Shown in pieces: positions 8,411 through 16,485 of a stretch of DNA of 64,000 bases; within the stretch, counting starts at the first letter, position 1; every line of letters starts with the position of its first letter. A program made the position numbers and the translations under genes. The stretch covers positions 30,416 through 94,415 of the IMG/VR virus record IMGVR_UViG_3300008267_000011. One strand, written 5' to 3'. Source of the stretch: a virus. The notes under the pieces are model-generated. The model saw nothing but the letters and a program-made list of their open reading frames with translations. It made no database searches and was not told where the DNA came from.

Positions 8411-10623
8411 TGAGTTCGTTATCAAAATTTATAGTAGAGTCCCTTCTCAAGGAAGCGGGTGAGCAAACAACAGTTCTGTTCCCTGGAGGATTCAAGCCAC
8501 CTCATGGAGGACATCTGGAGTTAGCAACACGCTACGCCGAGCAGCCTAATGTTGGGCAAGTTATCATACTCATTGGCCCTGAGCCAAGAGAAGGTATTAC
8601 TAGAGACCAAAGCATTGCTATATGGAGAGAGTTAACTAAGAACAACAGCAAAATTCTTATCCAAAAAACCGAAGTAAACAGCCCGCTAGCAGCAGCATAT
8701 AAGTTTTTAGAGACAGCTAAACCGGGATCCTATGCACTTGCAGCAAGTTCAAAGGGAGACGACTACAAAAGAGTCCAGCAATTTGTTGCAGGACACCAAC
8801 CTGGAGCAAAGTACGCAAAAGAAGGTGTGGAAGTTGTAGAGCTTCCGTTGGATACTAAACCGTTAGTCTACAAAGATAGGTCACCAAAAGCAGAAAAGTA
8901 TGTACCAGGAAAGAGTGAGAATGGAAAGGGAGTTAGCGCTAGTATTTTGAGAGCTGACTTAAAGAATGGAGATCAAGAAGCTTTTGCAACAAACTATCCA
9001 AACGTAGCAGACAAAGGAACTCTTGATAGAGTGTTTGGTATTTTAAAAAAAAAGCTATCTGAAGAGATCCAACCTAGCGATTTGTTTTCCAAAATGAAAA
9101 TGAGATTTAAAGACTTCCTTCAAAAAGTCAATCAAGAAAAAGAGGAAACAAAGCAAGCATTCACCCTTATCGCACAGGCAGCCCAAGGGAAAAGAAAACT
9201 CACTCCAGAAGAGCAAAAGCAGGTTGGAGAGCAAATGAGAGATGTTCTTAAAACAATGGGAATTGGAGCAGCCACAATGCTACCAGGAGGAACGATATAC
9301 TTCTTAATAATCAAACTATTGAAATTGGAAAAATACACAATGCCATCGTCTTTCATAACCGAAAAGGTGCAATTAAATGAGGGTGGTGGAGCAGGTCACT
9401 TAGCTCATCCGTATGAGGACTTGGAGCTAACCTTCGCAGACATTAAGGAAATGATAAAGGCTGCCTTATCAGGCAAACTAGAATATGCACAAGAAAAGTT
9501 AGACGGTCAAAACCTATTAGTTACTTACAAGGATGGCAGAGTTAGAGCAGCAAGAAACAAAACTGAGCTCAAGAATTATGGCCAAGAAAGTAAGACAATT
9601 GAACAAGTAGCCGAGAAATTTGCAGGTAGAGGAGCTATACAGGCAGCCTTTGTTGAAACTATGCGTGACTTAGAGTCAGCAATTAACAAGCTAGACAAGA
9701 CACAAAAAGAAACTTTCTTCAAGAATGGACAGAGGTTCATGAACTTGGAGATCCTCTATCCCGACACACAAAACGTGATTCCTTATGGAGCAACTTTAAT
9801 TAGAATGCACCACTTTAAGGAGTATGATCAAAATGCAAAAGAGGTTGCAACAGATAACAAAGGCGTAGAGTTGCTTCAAAGAGCATTCGACAATGTACAG
9901 GCACAAGAGTCTGATCAAAAAACCTTTGAAATCGGAGTCACAAACCCAGCAACAATTAAGCAAGATGCAGACTACGCTAGCCAAGAAAAGCAATTCATTG
10001 CCATGGCTGATGACGTTAAGCGAAAATATAACCTTGGCGATGAGACTAAGGTGAGTGAGTATGTTAAAAAATACTGGACTGACTTTGTCAAAGATAACGC
10101 AGAGCGTTACAATTACGAAGTTCCTACAGATGTACTAGATATGGTTGTAAATCGTTGGGCATTTACTGACAAATCCATCTCTTTACCAAACGTAAAAGCT
10201 AAAATAGCTAATGAAGAGTTTGCAAGTTGGTTTATCAACTTTGACAAAGGATCAAACGTAGAAGAGGTTAAAAAAAGAATACTGAGACCTATTGAGCAGT
10301 TGTTCCTAAAATTAGGAGTTAGGGTGTTAAAGAACATTGAGAACCTAACAGCAGTTAACCCAAACGACTCTACAAAAAAGATTAAGCAAAGCGTATCTGC
10401 AGCAATCAGAGGAATCCAAGACGCAATCAACAACGAAACTATTGCAGACAACGATAAGGCAATTAAGTTTTTAAGACGTGAATTGGGAAGATTAAAAGAC
10501 ATTGGAGGCTTTGAAGCTATTGTTCCGACTGAGGGGGTAGTATTTAGATATAAGGGTAAGCTGTATAAGCTTACTGGAGCCTTCGCACCCGTTAACCAAT
10601 TATTAGGCTATTTAAGATTTTAA
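8410..10623 (+). CDS. Multidomain protein: HIGH-type cytidyltransferase-like domain, LETM1-like helical domain, and RNA/DNA-ligase-like (KxDG) domain
   Basis: FPGGFKPPHGGH and VSASILR are HIGH-superfamily motifs. The middle reads LTPEEQKQV...MLPGG...PSSF. The C-terminal part has EKLDG, EGVV and YKLT (ligase-type motifs I, IV, V). Confidence 0.65.
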   Translation: MSSLSKFIVESLLKEAGEQTTVLFPGGFKPPHGGHLELATRYAEQPNVGQVIILIGPEPREGITRDQSIAIWRELTKNNSKILIQKTEVNSPLAAAYKFLETAKPGSYALAASSKGDDYKRVQQFVAGHQPGAKYAKEGVEVVELPLDTKPLVYKDRSPKAEKYVPGKSENGKGVSASILRADLKNGDQEAFATNYPNVADKGTLDRVFGILKKKLSEEIQPSDLFSKMKMRFKDFLQKVNQEKEETKQAFTLIAQAAQGKRKLTPEEQKQVGEQMRDVLKTMGIGAATMLPGGTIYFLIIKLLKLEKYTMPSSFITEKVQLNEGGGAGHLAHPYEDLELTFADIKEMIKAALSGKLEYAQEKLDGQNLLVTYKDGRVRAARNKTELKNYGQESKTIEQVAEKFAGRGAIQAAFVETMRDLESAINKLDKTQKETFFKNGQRFMNLEILYPDTQNVIPYGATLIRMHHFKEYDQNAKEVATDNKGVELLQRAFDNVQAQESDQKTFEIGVTNPATIKQDADYASQEKQFIAMADDVKRKYNLGDETKVSEYVKKYWTDFVKDNAERYNYEVPTDVLDMVVNRWAFTDKSISLPNVKAKIANEEFASWFINFDKGSNVEEVKKRILRPIEQLFLKLGVRVLKNIENLTAVNPNDSTKKIKQSVSAAIRGIQDAINNETIADNDKAIKFLRRELGRLKDIGGFEAIVPTEGVVFRYKGKLYKLTGAFAPVNQLLGYLRF

Positions 10624-10624
10624 T

Positions 10625-10930
10625 ATGAAACTAAAAAAATTAATTCCTCTAGAGGAAAAGAAAGAGGCGATAGCCTCATCACCAGCAACTAACCTAACTC
10701 TTCACTTTGACAAAGGCTTTCAAGCTGTAGGTGAAGAAGGTACTCCTGAAGCAAACTTTACTATTAGCATCAGTAGTGTTGGTGGAAAGGAGTTCTTTCG
10801 TGGGGTAGGCGATAGTGCTGAAGCTGATAAAATTACAGAGGGTGTTAAGTTGGAATTACGCAGAGCAATGCGTAAGTTCGATAAACACGTTCAGCATATA
10901 CTAGATAAATACAAGTTTCATACAAGATGA
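10625..10930 (+). CDS. Hypothetical protein, putative head-internal
   Basis: Starts MKLKKLIPLEE, the shared N-terminal motif. Confidence 0.65.
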   Translation: MKLKKLIPLEEKKEAIASSPATNLTLHFDKGFQAVGEEGTPEANFTISISSVGGKEFFRGVGDSAEADKITEGVKLELRRAMRKFDKHVQHILDKYKFHTR

Positions 10931-11415
10931 GTTATTACGTTACGACCAACAAAAAATCCTTTACAGAGCATTCTGAAGGCGAAGTCTGGGAAGAGTCAGG
11001 CAAGACATGGACTATTCGAAATGGTGTCAAGCGCACCGTGTCTAAGATGGAATCTTTCCGCAAACAAATTATTACTCCAATCGCATGTCCACACTGTGGA
11101 ATGAAGATGGAAAGTCCAGTGCACAAGTGGGCTTGGAACACACATAAGATGTGTTTTAATTGCGTTGTAGACATGGAACATGAGATTATGAAGGTAGGTA
11201 GACTTGAGGAGTATCAAAACGCTCTATTTAAGGCAAACATGGAATCTTTCTATGGAGACCTAGAGCAGTTTGTTCAAGAGTTTGCAAAAGAAAAAACAAC
11301 CGTTTTCACCGAAGATGGTGTAAAAGAGAACTGGGTTGATAACAGTGGTAAAGTGATAGAGGAGATAGGTAAGAAAGAATTAGAAGCACTAAAATCAAAA
11401 ATTGAAGAGGTATGA
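10927..11415 (+). CDS. Hypothetical zinc-binding protein
   Basis: Cys pairs CPHC and CFNC; ATGA-coupled on both sides. Confidence 0.65.
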   Translation: MSYYVTTNKKSFTEHSEGEVWEESGKTWTIRNGVKRTVSKMESFRKQIITPIACPHCGMKMESPVHKWAWNTHKMCFNCVVDMEHEIMKVGRLEEYQNALFKANMESFYGDLEQFVQEFAKEKTTVFTEDGVKENWVDNSGKVIEEIGKKELEALKSKIEEV

Positions 11416-12023
11416 CGGATGCAATTTGGGTTGCAATAATCGGAGGGGTAATTGGGCCCGTAATTGTATTATCTATCAAGTGGTGGTTTGACCATAAGAT
11501 GGGTAAGAAAAAGACTGATATGGTCACTGAGGCGTTGTTAGTTGGAGACTTGATCACTAACAAATTAGACTCAGTTAAGGAAGAGTATGGAGCAGACCGT
11601 GTATGGATTAGTCAATTTCACAACGGTGGTCATTTTTATCCAACCGGAAAGAGCATAGCTAAGTTCAGTATCTTTTATGAGACTGTATCAGCAAACGCAC
11701 CATCTCTCCAACTCAACCTAAAAAACATTCCAGTAGCACTATTCTCAAGAAGCTTCAATCAACTACTATCTCACAACATAATTCACATTGAAGACTTCAA
11801 AGATGAGACTGTAGCAACTTATGGATTAAAGTACTTTGCAGAAGAGTATAAAACAAAGTCGCAATATTTATATGCGATAAAGAGCTTTGAAGGAAAGTTC
11901 ATAGCTATTTTAGGGATTGACTACACAACTAGAAAGCACAAGCTAACCCATGAAGATGATGATGAGCTAATGAGAATTGCAACATCGCTTGGTGGAGTAC
12001 TAGCAGGACATTTAAAGGTATGA
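11412..12023 (+). CDS. Membrane-anchored GAF-like protein (candidate T4 gp t-like holin)
   Basis: One N-terminal hydrophobic helix (IWVAIIGGVIGPVIVLSI), then ADRVWISQFHNGG...FIAILGIDY, a GAF-like pattern. Confidence 0.45.
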   Translation: MTDAIWVAIIGGVIGPVIVLSIKWWFDHKMGKKKTDMVTEALLVGDLITNKLDSVKEEYGADRVWISQFHNGGHFYPTGKSIAKFSIFYETVSANAPSLQLNLKNIPVALFSRSFNQLLSHNIIHIEDFKDETVATYGLKYFAEEYKTKSQYLYAIKSFEGKFIAILGIDYTTRKHKLTHEDDDELMRIATSLGGVLAGHLKV

Positions 12024-12544
12024 CAAACGAAGAATCAAAAGGGCTTTGGGCAAACATACGAGCTAAAAGAGCACGTGGTGAGAAGCCTGCCCGTAAAGGT
12101 TCAGATGCCTACAACAAAGCAGTAGCAGCTGCTAAAAAGATCAACGCTACAAACGAAGAGCGTGAGGAAGAAAAAGACAGACCAGCACAAACAATTACAA
12201 CTGGAACAAAGGCAGCAATGCCAGTAGGTTGGTACGAAACTACAATGTGCGAGACTTGTGCAATTGCTCTACTAGAAGACATTAAAGCTGGTAAGTTTCC
12301 ACTTACAGAAGCCGAGTACCAAGGACGTAAAGTTCCACTTGGCAAGCCTATGAGAGGCGATGTCAAGAAGTTCAAGGTATATGTCAAGAAGGGAGATAAA
12401 GTTGTTAAAGTTAACTTTGGAGACCCTAACATGAAAATAAAAAAGTCAAATCCAGAAAGACGTAAATCATTCAGAGCAAGACACCGTTGTGCCACTCCAG
12501 GTCCAAGATGGAAAGCTCGTTACTGGTCTTGTAGAAAATGGTAA
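12020..12544 (+). CDS. Basic modular protein with C-terminal DUF6321-like domain
   Basis: The C-terminus KKFKVYVK...VNFGDPNMKIKKSNPERRKSFRARHRC...ARYWSCRKW resembles a domain common in T4-like phages. Modules are separated by ALLE and LTE sites. Confidence 0.65.
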   Translation: MTNEESKGLWANIRAKRARGEKPARKGSDAYNKAVAAAKKINATNEEREEEKDRPAQTITTGTKAAMPVGWYETTMCETCAIALLEDIKAGKFPLTEAEYQGRKVPLGKPMRGDVKKFKVYVKKGDKVVKVNFGDPNMKIKKSNPERRKSFRARHRCATPGPRWKARYWSCRKW

Positions 12545-12550
12545 TCAAAC

Positions 12551-13132
12551 ATGATTAAGTTAGGAAAAATACTACAAGAGGCTTCTAAGACTGGAGCAAT
12601 GACTGGAACGCAGGAAAGAGAGCTTAGCACAGGCTTACGTAGCATACATTGGAAGCATGCGGATTTTGAGCGTTATGCAATAAACAGCTCCACACCTCAC
12701 AGTACTATTAACTTTGGTGGATGTGGTATATTTGCAAAGTTGCTTTATTACAATATGCGCAAATATTTAAACATAACACCAGAAATCATTTGCATTGACC
12801 TAGATGAGCATCAGATAAGTCCAGGGGAAATTAACGATTACAAGACCGTACAGGAGTATAATGAAGACGGCAATATGTGCATACACATAGTGTTAAAGTT
12901 AGGCGATAAGTACATAGACTCATCAGGAATACATGCTTTTTCTTGGTTTGAGCAACAAGTGTATCGTCATCCTCTTTGTCAACAAGAAGGAATGACAATA
13001 CAAACATTAACTAGATGGTGCGCATCAAGCAACAGCTGGAACCCTACATTCAATAGATACAACATCGGAGACATAAATGACGATATGGTCAAAGTGATGA
13101 AATTTGCAAAAAAAAGCGGAATAAAAAAATAA
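12551..13132 (+). CDS. Putative papain/transglutaminase-fold Cys-His-Asp enzyme with N-terminal MIKLGKILQE
   Basis: GGCGIFAK, then HIVLK, then YIDSSG: order and spacing fit a Cys-His-Asp triad. Confidence 0.5.
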   Translation: MIKLGKILQEASKTGAMTGTQERELSTGLRSIHWKHADFERYAINSSTPHSTINFGGCGIFAKLLYYNMRKYLNITPEIICIDLDEHQISPGEINDYKTVQEYNEDGNMCIHIVLKLGDKYIDSSGIHAFSWFEQQVYRHPLCQQEGMTIQTLTRWCASSNSWNPTFNRYNIGDINDDMVKVMKFAKKSGIKK

Positions 13133-13138
13133 CTAAAC

Positions 13139-14158
13139 GTGCCATATAAAGTTAAAAAGCAAGGAGACAAGTACGTGGTATACAAAAAAGATACTGGTAA
13201 ACGTGTAGGCGCTACTGCTGGAAACAAAGAAGCATTACGAAAGTATATGGCAGCCTTGCACATAAACACTAAAGAATCGACAATGAAATTAAAAAACCTT
13301 CTTCCCGAAGACGCAGCCACAGACGTCCAAGACCTTATTAAAAACGTATCTAACTACGAAGAGTTTGTTAATAAACTAGGTCAGTTAGCGCAAGACCCTA
13401 AAGTACAAGCTTTCTTGAAATCTGGAAAAGCAGACGGAGATCAGACAGATGATAAGTTTACAGCAACATCGAAAGCGATTCCTGTAAAAGAACTAAGACC
13501 AACTCAAAATGAGATTGACGTAGACGGATCGCTAAAATGGCCTCTAACCAAACCTGACTCACTCAAAAACTGCTTACAGAAAGGACCAATAACAATTAAA
13601 GCACCAGTTGTCACATACAATGGAGAGTTTATTATAGACGGTCACCACAGATGGAGCCAACTGTACGCCATGAACAAAGAAGGGCAGATCAATTGCGTAG
13701 ATTTAACAGGACCTAAGATGGACCCAATCCAAGTACTAAAAGTAGTTCAGCTTGCAATAGCAGCTGACCTAGGTAAGGTACCAGTAGCTACAGTCAAGGG
13801 AAATAACTTACTTAAACTCGATGGTAAGCAAGTAGCAGAGTACGTAAAGAAGACTATTACTGGAGATTGTGTAAAGGTATTTAATACAATGCGTAGTGCT
13901 GCATTAGGCAAACTCGATCCTAACAGCATAGCAGGTAAGGTGATTGTTCCAAACGTCATGGAGATGAAAAAAACATCACAACCAGCACCAGGAGCACCAA
14001 AGAGAGATGTAATGCCTCAGACAGACGATGCTACAAACGCTATGAGTATGATTGCAAAAGGTGCAGTAAACTACAACGATCCTTACGTAGCTGAACAAAA
14101 ATTACGTAGAGCAATTCGCAAAGCAATATTGCAAGAAGTCAAAAGACTAAAAAAATAA
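13139..14158 (+). CDS. ParB/sulfiredoxin-like domain protein with terminal extensions
   Basis: LRPTQ...PVV...IIDGHHRW is a ParB-N signature. GTG start, with an in-frame internal ATG at 13283 (MKLKNLLPE). Confidence 0.7.
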   Translation: MPYKVKKQGDKYVVYKKDTGKRVGATAGNKEALRKYMAALHINTKESTMKLKNLLPEDAATDVQDLIKNVSNYEEFVNKLGQLAQDPKVQAFLKSGKADGDQTDDKFTATSKAIPVKELRPTQNEIDVDGSLKWPLTKPDSLKNCLQKGPITIKAPVVTYNGEFIIDGHHRWSQLYAMNKEGQINCVDLTGPKMDPIQVLKVVQLAIAADLGKVPVATVKGNNLLKLDGKQVAEYVKKTITGDCVKVFNTMRSAALGKLDPNSIAGKVIVPNVMEMKKTSQPAPGAPKRDVMPQTDDATNAMSMIAKGAVNYNDPYVAEQKLRRAIRKAILQEVKRLKK

Positions 14159-14186
14159 GTTTAACCAAACCCCACGTAAATGGAAG

Positions 14187-14399
14187 GTGATAGTAGACAA
14201 CAAGAAAATATCGAAACAGACCTTAGCGACCTGGTGCATGATGCTGGCTCTATTCTTCAATCCTCTTGGATTCGACGTAGTCCAGTACTGGCTAATTGCC
14301 TTAACTGGGAGTCTATGGAGCGCCAATATTGCTTTGTATTGTGTGGCGGGACTATTCTTTGGGCTATCCATCTTGCTACGCTGTTTATCTAAACAATGA
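14187..14399 (+). CDS. Small membrane protein
   Basis: 70 aa with two hydrophobic segments (LALFFNPLGF...; IALYCVAGLFFGLSIL). Confidence 0.55.
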   Translation: MIVDNKKISKQTLATWCMMLALFFNPLGFDVVQYWLIALTGSLWSANIALYCVAGLFFGLSILLRCLSKQ

Positions 14400-14411
14400 C
14401 TATTTATTAAC

Positions 14412-14690
14412 ATGAACACGAACCCAAAAACATTAGTAGCCGTAAAGTGGGCCGACCTAAAGACATCGTCAGACTTAACAGATTTCATATTAGATCAAAT
14501 GCAAGACGGTGATCAAAACGCACAAAGCTATATAACAAGACAATGGTTAGCAGGCACACTCACAGCATTAAAGGATCTTGATTCTACAATTGAAGATGAG
14601 GAAGACTTTGATCCAAAGCTAACAAGAGAGCTTGCGGAAGTAGCAAAGGTCGTTACCGCAAAAGGAATACAAATAATTTTAGTAGAATGA
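14412..14690 (+). CDS. Hypothetical protein
   Basis: 92-aa ORF preceded by the late motif TATTTATT (14401-14408). Confidence 0.6.
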   Translation: MNTNPKTLVAVKWADLKTSSDLTDFILDQMQDGDQNAQSYITRQWLAGTLTALKDLDSTIEDEEDFDPKLTRELAEVAKVVTAKGIQIILVE

Positions 14691-15094
14691 AACTGATCAA
14701 CCTAATACCTCTAAGAGAGGCAGACGAGCCAACTTCACCAGAATTGATCGCTACTCCTTACTTCCGTGAATTTCAAACAGCTCATGGATACAAGCCATTG
14801 TTTAAGTACTTAGGTACAAAGAGCGAGGAGATGATCTTTGTTGCTGACTTAACAGAATTTGGCATGCTAGATTTGATCATCAGCGATGCAAAGCTTGTTG
14901 CTAAGATAACGGAGAAGACTGCAATCTTTGGAATCGTATACACTCTAACTGGATTAGAGCGTTTTGATGCAACTGTTTGTGCAATGAAACAAAAGGATGG
15001 TGTTATCGAGCGTATCACATTCGATAACAAAGACAAGAAAAATTTTGGAGCAGCACAAACAAACTTCTTAAAAGTAATTGAAGACCAAAAGTAA
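14687..15094 (+). CDS. Hypothetical protein, putative head-internal
   Basis: Starts MKLINLIPLRE; coupled to neighbours by ATGA and TAATG. Confidence 0.65.
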   Translation: MKLINLIPLREADEPTSPELIATPYFREFQTAHGYKPLFKYLGTKSEEMIFVADLTEFGMLDLIISDAKLVAKITEKTAIFGIVYTLTGLERFDATVCAMKQKDGVIERITFDNKDKKNFGAAQTNFLKVIEDQK

Positions 15095-15759
15095 TGTTTA
15101 AAGTACTAGACTATAAATTAGTACCACATCCATACATTAGCGAGCCACTACCAGACGAATCAGTATTTGAAAGGTTAGTGGCTCCTGAATTTTTTGATAG
15201 GTTTGGCTACGAGCTAACCTACATCGAAAGCCTCTATCATCAACACAACAACATACCAGGACACGTACTAGTGCCAGGAAGTCCTACAGATGCAGCAGCT
15301 TGCATACAGGACTGGATGATACAGGAACAACAACATCCAAACATTTTCTTAGATCATTGCCATCTTAATACGAGATATGCTTACAAAGGAGAAGCGTTAG
15401 AGCAGTTAAAAAGGCTTAGCAAAAAGTACCCACGGTTGGTAAAGATTCTAAACATTAAACCAAAATACATGGTTGATTTTTGTGTGGATTACATTACGGA
15501 CGGAAAGGTAGTTGAGTTGGTTCACATAGAGCACGACTTCCATGAATTTGAGCAGTACAAGAGCCATATTGCTTTTTGCGAAGTTCTTATAGCGGAGGCA
15601 AATTGGGGTAAGGTCTACAAAGATTTAAAGCCGTTTTTCGAGACAGAATACAACTACGATGAGTATGCACAAGCGCAGTACAAGGCAAAATACTTTGGAT
15701 TTGATAAGCTAGACTACTTACATGAGCCAAAAATGTTATCGTATAAGAAGGTTTACTGA
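15094..15759 (+). CDS. Conserved hypothetical phage protein
   Basis: 221-aa ORF with FDxxGYELT, GEALEQL and KPKY..DF..DY segments; function not recognised. Confidence 0.65.
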   Translation: MFKVLDYKLVPHPYISEPLPDESVFERLVAPEFFDRFGYELTYIESLYHQHNNIPGHVLVPGSPTDAAACIQDWMIQEQQHPNIFLDHCHLNTRYAYKGEALEQLKRLSKKYPRLVKILNIKPKYMVDFCVDYITDGKVVELVHIEHDFHEFEQYKSHIAFCEVLIAEANWGKVYKDLKPFFETEYNYDEYAQAQYKAKYFGFDKLDYLHEPKMLSYKKVY

Positions 15760-15782
15760 TATTTATTTAAAAACCACATAAA

Positions 15783-16100
15783 ATGCGTATAAAAGAATCA
15801 CAATTTAGAGCACTTGTTCGTAGAGAGATTAAAGCTCTTTTGGAAGCTAACGAAGAAGAGCCAGAAATGACTGGAGCTCCAGAAGCAGGCGCTGAAGAAC
15901 AACCAGAACCAGAACAAGAAGAGGTTAGCAAAGCTACAAGAATGGCACAAAAGCTTGTTGAGAAGATCAAACAAGATAGCGAACTTACATCAGCTGAGTC
16001 TATCCAGGATATGTTTGTTGTGTTTATTGAATCAATGGGATTCAGCAACGAAACAAAGCTTAGAATTTTACAAAGCGTTAAATCAGAAACGATCCGATGA
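15783..16100 (+). CDS. Hypothetical protein, putative head-internal
   Basis: Starts MRIKESQFRALVRREIKALLE; late motif at 15760-15767. Confidence 0.65.
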   Translation: MRIKESQFRALVRREIKALLEANEEEPEMTGAPEAGAEEQPEPEQEEVSKATRMAQKLVEKIKQDSELTSAESIQDMFVVFIESMGFSNETKLRILQSVKSETIR

Positions 16101-16468
16101 AAACTTCGCATATAATTAAGCGTCTGCAAGAAGATACAGCTTACCAAGAGTTCTTTAAAAAGGCTATGGATAAGTTTGGTATTAGTTCAATTGGTGATTT
16201 AGATGGAGAAAAGAAAAAGCAATTTTTCAACTACATCGACAAAAACTACACAGCTAAGGTTGAAGAAGGTTATATGCCAAATGATAGCAGTATCTCAAGA
16301 GAGGTACAGGCCGTTGGAAATCAGATCGACACTATACTAGGAGACCTTAGTGCAAGATTTAAAGTACCAAGCCAAGACTTGTCCAAGTTAGCAGATCTTA
16401 TTTGGGACTACGCTGATGTATATGCAGAATCTCGAATTGAAGCCTTAGAAGGCGATAGAAGTTTCTAA
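16097..16468 (+). CDS. Hypothetical protein, putative head-internal
   Basis: Starts MKTSHIIKRLQE; two small modules separated by KVEE. Confidence 0.6.
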   Translation: MKTSHIIKRLQEDTAYQEFFKKAMDKFGISSIGDLDGEKKKQFFNYIDKNYTAKVEEGYMPNDSSISREVQAVGNQIDTILGDLSARFKVPSQDLSKLADLIWDYADVYAESRIEALEGDRSF

Positions 16469-16485
16469 AACAATAACAGTTACGT

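Noticed and set aside
14180-14392. Alternative + strand 70-aa ORF overlapping 14187-14399
   Set aside because: The 14187 frame gives a coherent membrane protein that ends right at the next promoter motif; this frame has no features.
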